Positions 48,400 to 58,689 of a stretch of DNA of 64,000 nucleotides are shown here, one piece after another. Each line of letters opens with the position of its first letter. Positions within the stretch are counted from its first letter, which is position 1. The notes below the pieces were generated by a model. It saw only the letters and a program-made list of their open reading frames with translations, was not told the origin of the DNA and made no database searches. The stretch is from Candidatus Aenigmatarchaeota archaeon (GTDB taxonomy: Archaea > Aenigmatarchaeota > Aenigmatarchaeia > CG10238-14 > SCSR01): contig JAWCSL010000001.1 of NCBI GenBank assembly GCA_039090665.1, positions 1 through 64,000 on the forward strand, read 5' to 3'. A program made the position numbers and the translations under genes.

Positions 48400-49113
48400 C
48401 TAAAAAATCGCAACAAAGCAGAATCCAGAAAGGACAAGCAAATCAATGTGAAAAGGAATAAAAGAAGTTTTTATCAAGATTTGTCTTAAAGCATCGACAC
48501 CATAAGTTAGCGGATCTAAAATAGAAGCAGTTTTCAACCAGTTTGGAGCTTGGTCCAAAGGATAGAAAGTAGCACTCAACAACATCAAAGGCATGATCAA
48601 AAAGTTCATTATCAAGCCAAATACTTCCATTGTTTTGAGAAAAGAAGCTATTATCAGGCCTATGCTCACGAGACCAAGGGAAATTAAAACCATGATAAAA
48701 ATTGATGAAAAGAATGTGGGAAAATCAAGATTTATGCCGAAAAAGAAAGACGAACACAAAATCAAAATTCCTTGAATCAAAGCTATTGTACAACCGCCTA
48801 AAGCCTTGCCCAAGAAGATCGAAATCCTGCTCACAGGCGCTACCAAAATTTCTTTCAAAAATCCAAATTCTCTGTCCCAAATCACAGAAATCCCTGTTGC
48901 TATAGAAATCCCAACTAGCGAGATTGCAACTATCCCAGGAAAAAGAAAAGTTTGGTAGTTTAGATTGCTAATTTTCACAAAGCCAAAACCACTTCCAAGA
49001 ACTATGAGAAAAAGAATTGGTTGAAGAAAAGAACTTACCACTCTAACTTTATCTCTTGTATACTTTTTAAGTTCTCTCCACCAAATCCAATAAATCGCTT
49101 CAAGCTCTCTCAT
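48400..49113 (-). CDS. ABC-2 type permease (DrrB-like)
   Basis: WDREFGFLKEILVAPVSR, DPLTYGVDALR; C-terminus possibly clipped by an indel in a T-run. Confidence 0.9.
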   Translation of the reverse strand: MRELEAIYWIWWRELKKYTRDKVRVVSSFLQPILFLIVLGSGFGFVKISNLNYQTFLFPGIVAISLVGISIATGISVIWDREFGFLKEILVAPVSRISIFLGKALGGCTIALIQGILILCSSFFFGINLDFPTFFSSIFIMVLISLGLVSIGLIIASFLKTMEVFGLIMNFLIMPLMLLSATFYPLDQAPNWLKTASILDPLTYGVDALRQILIKTSFIPFHIDLLVLSGFCFVAIF

Positions 49114-50047
49114 AATTTCTTTCCCTGATTTCTTTACCAGTGTAATGCAAGAAAACATCTTCCAATCTTGGTTTTCTTATGTTTATTGAACTGACTTTTA
49201 TTCCTTCCTTTTCGGCAAAGCTGAGAAGTTTGGGAACAAACTTGTCAGCATCTTTAACTGTTATGTGGATTTTTTTCTCGAGAATGTGAAAATTTTTCAC
49301 TTCTTTCAACTCTCTTAATTTTCCCAAATTTTCAGTATTTTCGACTTCAAGAGTTATGACATCACCTTCCAAACTTTTCTTTAAATTTTCAGGAGTATCC
49401 AAAACTTTTATTTCTCCTTTGTCGATTATGGCAACCCTGTTGCAAAGGAAGTCAGCTTCTTCCATGTAATGAGTTGTTAAGAAAATTGTTATGTTTTCCT
49501 TTTCTACAAGCTTCTTTATGTATTCCCAAATATGTTCTCTTGTTTGTGGGTCTAAGCCTAGAGTTGGCTCATCCAAAAATAAAACTTTTGGGTAGTGAAT
49601 CAAACCTCTTGCTATCTCAAGCCTTCTCTTCATTCCTCCTGAAAATTTTTTCACGATTTCATTTTGCTTTTCAGCAAGACCAACAAGCTCTAAGACTTCA
49701 TCTATCCTTTTCTTTCTCTCAGCTTTAGGTACTCCATACAAGCCCGCGTGCATTTCCAGATTTTCTCTTGCAGTAAGTCTATCTTCCAAGCTAGGATCTT
49801 GAAATACTATTCCTATTGATTTTCTAACTTGATCTTTTTCCTTAATGATATCAAAACCATTAACTTTTGCTGTCCCGCTTGTTGGCTTCAATATCGTGCA
49901 AAGCATGGAGATGAAAGTTGTCTTGCCTGCACCATTCGGTCCAAGCAAGCCGAAAATTTCACCTTGATTGATTTGTATGCTCACATTGTTTACAGCTCTC
50001 AAGCCATTGAAATCTTTTGTTAAGTTGAAAGTTTCTATTGCAAACAT
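49100..50047 (-). CDS. ABC transporter ATP-binding protein (DrrA-like)
   Basis: GPNGAGKT, FSGGM, LDEPT. Confidence 0.95.
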   Translation of the reverse strand: MFAIETFNLTKDFNGLRAVNNVSIQINQGEIFGLLGPNGAGKTTFISMLCTILKPTSGTAKVNGFDIIKEKDQVRKSIGIVFQDPSLEDRLTARENLEMHAGLYGVPKAERKKRIDEVLELVGLAEKQNEIVKKFSGGMKRRLEIARGLIHYPKVLFLDEPTLGLDPQTREHIWEYIKKLVEKENITIFLTTHYMEEADFLCNRVAIIDKGEIKVLDTPENLKKSLEGDVITLEVENTENLGKLRELKEVKNFHILEKKIHITVKDADKFVPKLLSFAEKEGIKVSSINIRKPRLEDVFLHYTGKEIRERNYERA

Positions 50048-50117
50048 CTTTCTCACTTTCAATAGGAATGAATTTTTATTTTATTTAAGTTTAAAAATTG
50101 CTTCCCAAATTTATTTT

Positions 50118-50954
50118 ATGAAAATCATTTTCTCTGAAAAATGTTTAGAATATTCTGACTTTCATATAGAAAGCCCTGAAAGGGTGAGAAAAGCTTACGA
50201 AATTTTAAGAGAAGCGGGATATGAATTTCTTGAACCAGAGCCTGCATCTGAAGAAGACATTTTAAGAGTTCATACTAAGGAACATTTGGAAAGAATTAAA
50301 ACTGGAAATTTTTTTGATCCAGACACTCCTGCTTACAATAACATTTATGAGTATGCGAGATTAGCGGCAGGAGGAGCGATTCTTGCTGCAAAAGTAAAAG
50401 GCTTTTCTTTAATGCGTCCTCCAGGACATCATGCTGGCAAGAATGGAAAAGCCCTGGGTGCTTCAACTTTAGGTTTTTGCTATTTCAACAACATTGCAAT
50501 TGCTGTAAGAGCTTTGGGCAAATCAACGCTTATAATTGATATAGATGGCCATCACGGCAATGGTACTCAAGAAATTTTCTTCAAAGACCCAAAAGTTACT
50601 TACATTTCTTTACATTGTTCTCCCCTTTATCCAGGTACAGGTAAATATTCTGAAGAAAATTGCTTTAACTTTCCTTTGTCTGCAGATGTGGGAGAAAAGA
50701 AATATTTACAAACTCTTAAACTGGCTTTATCCAAAGTTGAAAAAAGAAATTTTGAGGTTATAGCAATCTCTGCGGGTTTTGATTGTCATGCTGGAGACAT
50801 AGCTTCTTTGGGTTTGACTTCTAAATCTTTCAGGAAAATTGGAGAAATGATAAAGAAATTGGAGAGACCAGTTTTTGGTGTTTTAGAGGGTGGTTACATA
50901 GGAGAAAATGTGGGAAAAGATTTAAATGAACTTTTAAAGGGATTGGAAGCTTGA
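50118..50954 (+). CDS. histone deacetylase / acetylpolyamine amidohydrolase family
   Basis: RPPGHHA, GFCYFNN, DIDGHHGNG, SAGFD, LEGGY. Confidence 0.93.
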   Translation: MKIIFSEKCLEYSDFHIESPERVRKAYEILREAGYEFLEPEPASEEDILRVHTKEHLERIKTGNFFDPDTPAYNNIYEYARLAAGGAILAAKVKGFSLMRPPGHHAGKNGKALGASTLGFCYFNNIAIAVRALGKSTLIIDIDGHHGNGTQEIFFKDPKVTYISLHCSPLYPGTGKYSEENCFNFPLSADVGEKKYLQTLKLALSKVEKRNFEVIAISAGFDCHAGDIASLGLTSKSFRKIGEMIKKLERPVFGVLEGGYIGENVGKDLNELLKGLEA

Positions 50955-50956
50955 AT

Positions 50957-51346
50957 TCATTTCAATTCCTTTAAAGTTCTTATTCCAACAATTTCAAAAT
51001 AATCCACTTCTTCCCCTTGTTTTATTTTTTCTTTTCTTTCTTCAGGAATCTCGAGCTCAAAAACTTCAAAAGTTGTTAAATCCATGAGCTGAGCCTTTTC
51101 ACCAAGAATTGCAACAACCTGAGCTTTCTTCTTCTCCAGAATTGGAACTTCCACTGTTTCGTCAGCTGGTTTTACTATGCTTCTTCTCTTGTTGTCCAAA
51201 AGACCGATTGCTTCCACTCTAGCTTTGGCTGCCCCATGCTTGCCAGATTTGCTAACATCAACTCTCTCCACTCTACAAGGAACATCATCTATCAAAATGA
51301 AGCCATTTGGTTTAAGATCTTTTATCACGGCTGTGGTTTTTGCCAT
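50957..51346 (-). CDS. eif5a: translation factor aIF5A/eIF5A
   Basis: SKSGKHGAAK hypusine loop. Confidence 0.96.
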   Translation of the reverse strand: MAKTTAVIKDLKPNGFILIDDVPCRVERVDVSKSGKHGAAKARVEAIGLLDNKRRSIVKPADETVEVPILEKKKAQVVAILGEKAQLMDLTTFEVFELEIPEERKEKIKQGEEVDYFEIVGIRTLKELK

Positions 51347-51479
51347 CAAACTTCACCTTCATAATAATTTGAGCAAAGGAATATAAATTTCTAAGGTCTT
51401 AAAAGTTTAATTCATGATTGGAAAATTTATTGTCGCCTGTTGATAAAAGCATAAATATTTTAATGTTTCACAAATTTTT

Positions 51480-51911
51480 ATGTCAAATGAAGATTTGATT
51501 GTTATACCTATTGAGATCAATTTCCCAGATTTTTATAATAAATATTTTAGCAGTGTGCCAGATCCTAAAAAGAATGTAAAAAGAGGCCAACCATATATTG
51601 CTTATCGCGATGAAGAGAGAAATTCTTGCGAAATATCATTTACTTACATCATAAAAAAGGAAATGCGCGTGATCTTTACACTTCAGTTTGAAAAAGAAGA
51701 CAATTCATATAAAGGAAGAATTTCTCAAACAGATGTTGCTCTACTTAAAGTAGAAAGAAATAGCTTGGAAAATAAATGGAGAGGAAGCCTGGAAAAAGCA
51801 AAAAATAATCAAGAGACCAAGGATGCTGTAGAGTCTTTTCTTCATGACATCAATAAAATTAGAGAAGAGTTACAGCGACAATATTCACCTTCAACCAAAC
51901 ATTTATTCTAA
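51480..51911 (+). CDS. hypothetical protein
   Basis: 143-aa ORF with upstream TATA-like CATAAATA. Confidence 0.55.
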   Translation: MSNEDLIVIPIEINFPDFYNKYFSSVPDPKKNVKRGQPYIAYRDEERNSCEISFTYIIKKEMRVIFTLQFEKEDNSYKGRISQTDVALLKVERNSLENKWRGSLEKAKNNQETKDAVESFLHDINKIREELQRQYSPSTKHLF

Positions 51912-51940
51912 AAATTTTTTGTTAAAAGAAGGATTGCCCT

Positions 51941-52153
51941 CTATCTGATAGCCATTTGCACATCTTCTCTCCTTACAGTAACACGCTTGGCATGTCTTGC
52001 TGCAACCAAAGCATCTAAAGCAATTTTTTCAGCCATCTCAAGCATGATGTTCTTGAGCTCTATCACGGCTGACTCAGAGACCCTATCAGCCCCTACCTCT
52101 TTCCCTGCCTTTTTCAAAATCTTCTCTAATGGGAAGAGTGGAAAATCTTTCAT
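51941..52153 (-). CDS. archaeal histone
   Basis: RVSESA...ARHAKRVTVRREDV histone fold. Confidence 0.92.
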   Translation of the reverse strand: MKDFPLFPLEKILKKAGKEVGADRVSESAVIELKNIMLEMAEKIALDALVAARHAKRVTVRREDVQMAIR

Positions 52154-52197
52154 ATTAATTCTGTTTATTTTATTTTGCATTTTTATTATTTATTGTT

Positions 52198-52665
52198 ATG
52201 AGAGCAGTGCTAGATACTTCTGCAATAATTTATCTTCAAGATTTTCGAAAGTTTGATGAAATTTTCATCCCCCCTTCAGTGATAGAAGAAGTTAAAGACA
52301 AGCTTTCCACCATGAAACTTGAAGCTATGGAATCAAAAATAGTCGAGCCTGAAGAAAGTTTTGTTGAAGAAGTAAAAAGAGTAGCCAATAAGACAGGGGA
52401 TTTGGAAAAGCTTTCTAAAACAGACATTCAAGTTTTGGCTTTGGCCAAGCAAGTTGAAGCTGTTTTAGTTTCTGATGACTACAACATTCAAAATGTGGCA
52501 AAAAAGCTTGGAATAAAATACATCACACTCTTCGGCAAAGGAATCAAAAAACTCTATTTTTGGAAAAAATATTGCCCTGCTTGCAAAAAATATTTCAAAA
52601 AAGATTTGAAAGAGTGTCTTGTTTGTGGAACCAAGCTGAAAAGAGTGCCAAAAAAATCAAACTAA
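52198..52665 (+). CDS. nob1: Nob1 PIN + Zn-ribbon rRNA endonuclease
   Basis: VLDTSAII, LSKTD, SDDYNIQN, CPAC...CLVCG. Confidence 0.9.
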   Translation: MRAVLDTSAIIYLQDFRKFDEIFIPPSVIEEVKDKLSTMKLEAMESKIVEPEESFVEEVKRVANKTGDLEKLSKTDIQVLALAKQVEAVLVSDDYNIQNVAKKLGIKYITLFGKGIKKLYFWKKYCPACKKYFKKDLKECLVCGTKLKRVPKKSN

Positions 52666-53114
52666 ATCAACCAAAAAATCAAACCAATCAAACCCAAAAT
52701 TATTAGCAAAATTCCAATAAATTTTGCGAGTTTTGCTACCAGAACCAAAATAATCCCAAAGATTAAAAGCAAAATAGGATTTGGAGCAATGATGCTGAAG
52801 AACACGCTTTTTATTTTATTTATTTTGGGTTGTTCTGCAAAAGCTGTCTTGTTTGAATAACCCCATTGACATTTGTTGTTTATACACTGGCAAGTTAAGT
52901 TGTAGTTCTTTGCTATGTAGCATTCTCTAAATTCACAAGTTGTTATAGTCCCTTCATTTACCCTTTCACAAACTTGTCCGCTACATCCACCCACTTGACA
53001 ATCAGAATCTTTTGAGCAAGAGCTGTAAGTGGACCAGCCGCAAAAAGGTTGAAGAGCTGTGGTTGCTTGAGTTAAAAAAAGTAATGCAATTGTAAGCATT
53101 ATCAACCTTTCCAT
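52662..53114 (-). CDS. secreted eight-cysteine-cluster domain membrane protein
   Basis: signal peptide; FCGWST...GGCSGQVC...TTCE...CQCINNKCQW; two C-terminal TM helices. Confidence 0.8.
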   Translation of the reverse strand: MERLIMLTIALLFLTQATTALQPFCGWSTYSSCSKDSDCQVGGCSGQVCERVNEGTITTCEFRECYIAKNYNLTCQCINNKCQWGYSNKTAFAEQPKINKIKSVFFSIIAPNPILLLIFGIILVLVAKLAKFIGILLIILGLIGLIFWLI

Positions 53115-53217
53115 AATATTGAATTTAATTTTTTTGGATATAAAGATGGGGTAGAAAAGCTTTAAAAATATAACGCCTAGATTTACTCTAAGCACAAAAA
53201 ATAAATAGGTGAAAAGT

Positions 53218-54420
53218 ATGAATGTTCTGGTCTTAGGATGTGGTGCTGTAGGTTCTTCAATAATAAGGCTTTTACTTAAAGAGAAATTTATAGATGAAAT
53301 TTTATGTGTAGCAAAAGACAAAAAAACAGCAAAAGATTTCTTACTTCAAAACTTCAAGGATATAGAGTTTAAAGTCGCTGATGCTCTTGATTTCAGCGAA
53401 ATTAAAAACCTGTTACAAAAGTCAGATTTTGTGATAAATGCTTTACCAAGCTACTTGGAAGTTGCAGGTAAGAACATACTAGTTAACTTGAAAATTTTGG
53501 AATTTTGTTTGAAAGTTGGTGTCAATTACCTTGATTTTGCTTGCTATGGTGATGAAAAGAGAAAAATTGCAGAGCAACTCTTGATGGCCAAGAAATTTGA
53601 AAAAGAGAAGCTTTTTGCTTTGATAAATGCTGGAATATGCCCGGGCTTGTCCAACCTTCTTGCAAAAGAGAGTAGCGAGGAATTTGAGTACTTGGAAAGT
53701 ATAAAGATAAGGACTTTAGAAGATCAGAGAGGACTAGAATTTGTTTTGCCTTGGTCTAAAGAAGGTCTGTTTGATGTGGCTTCCAAAGTTTTGGTCTACA
53801 GAAACTACAAGTTCTTCTTTAAAGAACCTTTCACAGAAAGGGAGAATTATGATTATCCTTCTTTCGGAAAAATTTCTTGCTATTTACTTTCGCATGACGA
53901 GGTTTACACTTTACCACACTTCATCAAAGTGAGAAATGTGGATGTGAAAGGCGGAGGAAGCGATATAGAAATTTTATTTGCTCTCTACAAGCTTGGAATT
54001 TTGGAAGATGAGAAAGTTAGAGTTGGAAAGTTCAGGATTTCACCAAAGAAATTCGTTTATTCCATAGTCAAGGGCACACCAACAACAAAAGAGTTTGTGA
54101 AGATAATTGAAAGTGGAATAATAGAAGATGCTTTTTTTGGTCTATTTGTGGATTGTAAAGGATATAGAAAGAACAACAGAATTTTAGTCAGGAATTATGT
54201 CACTTTTTCTCAAAAGATGATAAACAAAAAGCTTTACGGCACAAACTACATTTCTTATCCTACAGCTCTTTCTTCCGTGATTTTCTTGAAGTCTGTCCAC
54301 AAAAGAAGGCTGTATGGAGTTTTGCCACCAGAAGCTTTGCCAAAAGCAGCGAGAAAGAAATTTTTGAATGAATTGGAGAGAAAAGACATAATACTGAATG
54401 AAGAATACAAGAAATTGTAA
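53218..54420 (+). CDS. saccharopine dehydrogenase family (carboxy(nor)spermidine/homospermidine synthase-like)
   Basis: LGCGAVG Rossmann fold; NYLD; GICPGLSN; HDEV; GVLPPE. Confidence 0.8.
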   Translation: MNVLVLGCGAVGSSIIRLLLKEKFIDEILCVAKDKKTAKDFLLQNFKDIEFKVADALDFSEIKNLLQKSDFVINALPSYLEVAGKNILVNLKILEFCLKVGVNYLDFACYGDEKRKIAEQLLMAKKFEKEKLFALINAGICPGLSNLLAKESSEEFEYLESIKIRTLEDQRGLEFVLPWSKEGLFDVASKVLVYRNYKFFFKEPFTERENYDYPSFGKISCYLLSHDEVYTLPHFIKVRNVDVKGGGSDIEILFALYKLGILEDEKVRVGKFRISPKKFVYSIVKGTPTTKEFVKIIESGIIEDAFFGLFVDCKGYRKNNRILVRNYVTFSQKMINKKLYGTNYISYPTALSSVIFLKSVHKRRLYGVLPPEALPKAARKKFLNELERKDIILNEEYKKL

Positions 54421-54424
54421 AAGA

Positions 54425-54835
54425 TTAAAAGAAGATCTTTGATGATGTTGTTATATCTTTTATTATAGTTGCCGGTTCTCCTTCTTTAATTTTATGTTCT
54501 TCAAATACAGAATAGCTAAGAAATATCGCGTTTTTTTCTTCTTTTAGTAGATCTCGGTAATACTTGATGATCCGTATGTTCATCCCCACAAGCAGACCTT
54601 CAAGCTTAACTTTGTTTTTATGTGTCAATAATTTACAATTGATAACTGGATGTAAGGATTCTGAAGTAGCTAATTTTTTGAAGAAGTAACTATTAGTTAA
54701 CATCAATTTTTCTCCAAATTCTTCATAAAGTTGTTGAATATTTTCATCTTTGAAAGTTTGGATTATTTTTTCTGTCGATTGGAACACGGAAGCAAGATAT
54801 ATTTGTGAATTTATCTTGGTCAAATCAAGTCTCAT
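54425..54835 (-). CDS. hypothetical protein
   Basis: ORF filling the gap between convergent/divergent genes; no motif recognised. Confidence 0.45.
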   Translation of the reverse strand: MRLDLTKINSQIYLASVFQSTEKIIQTFKDENIQQLYEEFGEKLMLTNSYFFKKLATSESLHPVINCKLLTHKNKVKLEGLLVGMNIRIIKYYRDLLKEEKNAIFLSYSVFEEHKIKEGEPATIIKDITTSSKIFF

Positions 54836-54979
54836 CAACAAAAAATTTGTTATTAAAAATTTTATCAATTTATGTTCTTTCCACTTTTAGGCTAATTTCA
54901 AAAACGATAACTTTAAATACTTATTGGTACAACATTTTTATAAGTTTTGAATTAAAGTTTCACCAAAGAGTGATAAAAA

Positions 54980-55912
54980 ATGGTAAAAAAAGCAAGAACA
55001 GGCTCAAGATGTCCTGAATGTGGTAGCCCTAACCTTATAGAAGATCCTAATCGTGGAGAAATGATTTGCAAGGATTGTGGACTTGTTTTGAAAGAAGAGC
55101 TCATAGACACTGGACAAGAATGGAGAGCTTTTGATTCAGAGCAGATGAGCAGGAGAGCAAGAGGTGGGGCTCCTTTAACTTTCACAAAGCATGATAAAGG
55201 AATGACTACAGAAATAGGAAAAGGTGTTGGTGAGCTTTACAAAGTTCCTTCCAAGAAAAGAGCCCAATATTACAGGCTAACAAAGTGGCATAAGCGCTTG
55301 ATAAAATCAAAAGACAGAAACTTGAGCTTTGCTTTGAGCGAATTGCAAAGAATTGTTTCTTTCTTGAATTTGTCCAAAAGCATTCATGAAAGGATAGCAA
55401 GGTATTATGAAGAAGCTGTTAATAAAGGGCTTGTAAGAGGAAGAAGCATAGAATCGGTCATAGCAGCTTTAACTTATGCTGTTTCAAGAGAATTTGGATC
55501 TCCCCGCACGCTTGATGAAATTTCAGAAGCTTCTGGTGTTGAAAAAAGGGAAATTGGAAGAACTTACCGCTACATAGCTAGAGAACTTGATCTCAGGATC
55601 TTACCTGCAGATCCGATAACTTTTGTTCCTCGTTTCTGCTCAATGCTTGGGTTAAGCGATAAAGTGCAAGCAAAAGCAATTGAAATTTTGAAGAAAGCAA
55701 AGAAATCAGAAATAACTTCTGGTAAAGGACCAACTGGAGTGGCAGCAGCTGCGATTTACATTGCTTCTGTTCTTGTTGGGGAAAAGAGGACACAAAGAGA
55801 AGTTGCTGACATTGTGGGTGTGACAGAAGTGACCATAAGAAACAGACAAAAAGAGCTTGTAGAGAAGCTTGGGATTGAAGAGGAAGTGGAAAAGAAAGCT
55901 AGGGAAGAGTAG
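54980..55912 (+). CDS. tfb: transcription initiation factor IIB
   Basis: CPECG...CKDCG Zn ribbon; GQEWRAF; GRSIE; VTEVTIRNR. Confidence 0.97.
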   Translation: MVKKARTGSRCPECGSPNLIEDPNRGEMICKDCGLVLKEELIDTGQEWRAFDSEQMSRRARGGAPLTFTKHDKGMTTEIGKGVGELYKVPSKKRAQYYRLTKWHKRLIKSKDRNLSFALSELQRIVSFLNLSKSIHERIARYYEEAVNKGLVRGRSIESVIAALTYAVSREFGSPRTLDEISEASGVEKREIGRTYRYIARELDLRILPADPITFVPRFCSMLGLSDKVQAKAIEILKKAKKSEITSGKGPTGVAAAAIYIASVLVGEKRTQREVADIVGVTEVTIRNRQKELVEKLGIEEEVEKKAREE

Positions 55913-57014
55913 GCGATTTTGATCTTAGCTTTTCAAGGACATTTTCACCTTTAAGCAAATTCAATCCCTTTTCCGTGATTTTCCATAGTCTTGTTTTGCT
56001 AGTAATTTCTCCCCTTTCTACCAAGCCTTGTTTTTCTAAAATATAAAGAGCTTCTGTTTTTACTGTATCTGGAGATCTATTCAACAATTTGCCCAATTCT
56101 TGCCTTGTTCTAGGCTTTTCAGAGAGAAGTTGCAAAACTTTTAATCTCAATTCACCTTTTCTTGATTGCACAACTTTAAAATTTGAAATACCTTTTTTGA
56201 AATCATTTTGTTTTTCGGGTTGCAAAACACACAAATTCCATTTTTCAATAAGTTTAAAGTTGGACAAGCCTGTGATTAAGACGCATTCTTGTCCAGGTAT
56301 TTCTTTATCTTTATCTGGAATGATTTTTAATTTGAATAATAGTTGTCGAATAAAATCTCTTTTCGATTTTTCTTTTCCAGCTATGGTTATTTCTCTTAGT
56401 TTATTTTGGACTGGTAAAAGACTTACGTTTGCTTCAGAAGCAATTATACCTCTTAATATGCCAGCACAAAAAAGTTCATTTGAAAATAACAGTGGTTGCA
56501 AATTATCAAATAACAAATTCAAAATTAAACCAAGCAACGTGGAATTTATTTTAATATCTATTATCGGTTTATTCCTTCTTTCTAAAATTCTAGTTTTATA
56601 GAAATTTTTCCTAGGAATACTCAATTCTCTTGAGATGTTAGATTCAATTTCTTCCAATTTGCTGGATAAGCTTGGTGGCATTGTTATGGCGACTCTAAAT
56701 TCTTTTGGCTCAATCCCAAAACTTTCTTTAGTAAATTTCAGAAAATACTTTATAAGCTCTAAGTTGGTATTGGAGAATCCATATACTTTGGGTAACCCAG
56801 CTTGCAATTTTATTCCATCCCCAAATCTTAGTCCCAAACCCTCGAAAAGCAATTCATTTATTTCAATAAATCTCTTGATCACAATCGGCTCAGCATTACC
56901 ACCTCTTGCTGAATTTTTGTCCACATAAACTTCAATTCTCTCAGGATCGACTTGCTTCCAAAGAATTTTCTTCCCACTAGGTAAAGCAGGAGGAAGCAAT
57001 TTAACAACATCCAC
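55899..57014 (-). CDS. LAGLIDADG-like protein with C-terminal winged HTH
   Basis: GLGLRFGDG and GILRGIIASEANV motifs; C-terminal TRQELGKLLNRSPDTV...WKITEKG. Confidence 0.7.
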   Translation of the reverse strand: MDVVKLLPPALPSGKKILWKQVDPERIEVYVDKNSARGGNAEPIVIKRFIEINELLFEGLGLRFGDGIKLQAGLPKVYGFSNTNLELIKYFLKFTKESFGIEPKEFRVAITMPPSLSSKLEEIESNISRELSIPRKNFYKTRILERRNKPIIDIKINSTLLGLILNLLFDNLQPLLFSNELFCAGILRGIIASEANVSLLPVQNKLREITIAGKEKSKRDFIRQLLFKLKIIPDKDKEIPGQECVLITGLSNFKLIEKWNLCVLQPEKQNDFKKGISNFKVVQSRKGELRLKVLQLLSEKPRTRQELGKLLNRSPDTVKTEALYILEKQGLVERGEITSKTRLWKITEKGLNLLKGENVLEKLRSKSPTLP

Positions 57015-57153
57015 AAATTTCTTCCCATCTCGAATGAACTATCACACCTTTCACATTTTTTAGAATTGCAAGAAATGTATATGTAGATTTAGAACTCACT
57101 CAGTGAGTGAAAAAATCAAAAAGTTTTTATCTTATCTTTTGTTAAACTTTTTT

Positions 57154-57444
57154 ATGGGATTGTTTGATGTTGTGTCAGCAAATTTCAAATGTCCTTATTG
57201 TGAATACAAAGAAAAAGAGCACGATTGGCAAACAAAATCTTTGCAGCGCGCTCTCAAAACTTATAGGGTTGGTGAAGTTCTTTCTCTTGAAGATTTTGAA
57301 AGCAAGCTGTTGATAAAAGAAGGTTATTTTGAAATTCACACTGTTTGCAAAAATTGTAAAAAGCCCGTAAGCGCAATGATAGAAGTTAAAGATTCTAGAA
57401 TAACTGGAAAGATAAAATATGAAAAGTTAAAACACAAAAGCTAA
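57154..57444 (+). CDS. small zinc-ribbon protein
   Basis: MGLFD...CPYC...QTK...CKNC. Confidence 0.65.
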   Translation: MGLFDVVSANFKCPYCEYKEKEHDWQTKSLQRALKTYRVGEVLSLEDFESKLLIKEGYFEIHTVCKNCKKPVSAMIEVKDSRITGKIKYEKLKHKS

Positions 57445-58158
57445 AGAATAAATTAGCAAAATTCCAAGCAAGAAAACACCAAACTCCACTAAAGATCTTT
57501 TAATACTGGCTTCCTTTCTTATCTCTGGTATCAAATCGCTAGCTGCTATGTAAATGAAGTTGCCAGCAGCAAAGGGAAGCAAAATCTTCAAAAAATATTC
57601 AGAAGGGATGAAATAGCTTATCAAGCCACCAAAAATAGCAATCAAGGCTGAAAGGAAATTGAAAAATAAAGCTTTTCTTTTGCTGAAGCCTGAATAGACT
57701 AAAACACCAAAATCACCAATTTCTTGAGGAATCTCATGCAGAATTACAGCCAAGCTTGTGGTCAAGCCTAGCTTGAAACTTGATATAAAACTTGCAGCTA
57801 TTATTAAACCGTCAATAAAGTTGTGGATTCCATCTCCAATTAAATTGATATAGCCAAAACTGTGAAATTTGCATTTTGCTTCATGACAGTGACGCCAATG
57901 GATTATTTTTTCCAAAAAGAACAAAATTATGAATCCCAACAAAGTGAAAAAAGAAATTTCTCCATAAGATAAAAATTCTGAAGCTTCTGGAAGCAAATGG
58001 AAGAAAGAATTTCCCATCAAAACTCCTGCTGAAAGTGCGATAAGAACCAAAAGAACCTTTTTCACTAATTGCTTTTCCATCAAAAAAGTTAAGATGCCAA
58101 TGAAAGCTATTAAGCTTACAAAAAAAGTTGAAAGCAAGATTAAGAACAAAGTAAACAT
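57427..58158 (-). CDS. ZIP-family metal transporter
   Basis: HLLPEA, HNFIDG, HEIPQEIGD. Confidence 0.93.
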   Translation of the reverse strand: MFTLFLILLSTFFVSLIAFIGILTFLMEKQLVKKVLLVLIALSAGVLMGNSFFHLLPEASEFLSYGEISFFTLLGFIILFFLEKIIHWRHCHEAKCKFHSFGYINLIGDGIHNFIDGLIIAASFISSFKLGLTTSLAVILHEIPQEIGDFGVLVYSGFSKRKALFFNFLSALIAIFGGLISYFIPSEYFLKILLPFAAGNFIYIAASDLIPEIRKEASIKRSLVEFGVFLLGILLIYSLAFVF

Positions 58159-58169
58159 GTTAATATTTT

Positions 58170-58679
58170 TCACTCGTGAGATATATTTTCTTTTAGCTTT
58201 TTTGCCTTTTTATCACACCAAAGCTTGAGTTTCATCTTTTTCTCAATTTCTTCATCTTTAAGTTTGTGGTGTTGAATTCTTTCTTTGTCAAAAATGTGAA
58301 ACACTTCAAAATCATTCTCTGCTAAAACATTTGCTATGTATCTTCTATGACAACGCCACCACAAGAGTTCAGCGCAAAGTATTGCTACTGTCTTTTCTTT
58401 TGCAATTTCTACCAACTTTTCTATTGCTTCAGAAAATTCTTTGCTCTTGCTGAAATTTTCATAACCTTCTTTTCTATATCCACCAAGCTCAGGAAAATGA
58501 ATATATTCTATTTCATTTTTTTCTAATTCTCTTTCCAAATTTTCTTTGTTGAAATGAGGAAATTTTTTACTAGAAGGAAATTTGCGCACATCAACTACAC
58601 ACTTGATCTTGAAGCTCAAGAGGATTTCCAAAAATTCTTCCAAGCTTCTGGTGCTATGACCCAAAGTGAAAATTTTCAT
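58170..58679 (-). CDS. DUF488 family protein
   Basis: FTLGHS, DVRKFP, LCAE..WWRCHR. Confidence 0.88.
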   Translation of the reverse strand: MKIFTLGHSTRSLEEFLEILLSFKIKCVVDVRKFPSSKKFPHFNKENLERELEKNEIEYIHFPELGGYRKEGYENFSKSKEFSEAIEKLVEIAKEKTVAILCAELLWWRCHRRYIANVLAENDFEVFHIFDKERIQHHKLKDEEIEKKMKLKLWCDKKAKKLKENISHE

Positions 58680-58689
58680 GAATAATTTT

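Noticed and set aside
56089..56928. Antisense ORFs opposite the LAGLIDADG-like gene, and similar antisense ORFs elsewhere
   Set aside because: Phe/Ser/Leu-rich mirror frames of Lys/Glu-rich genes.
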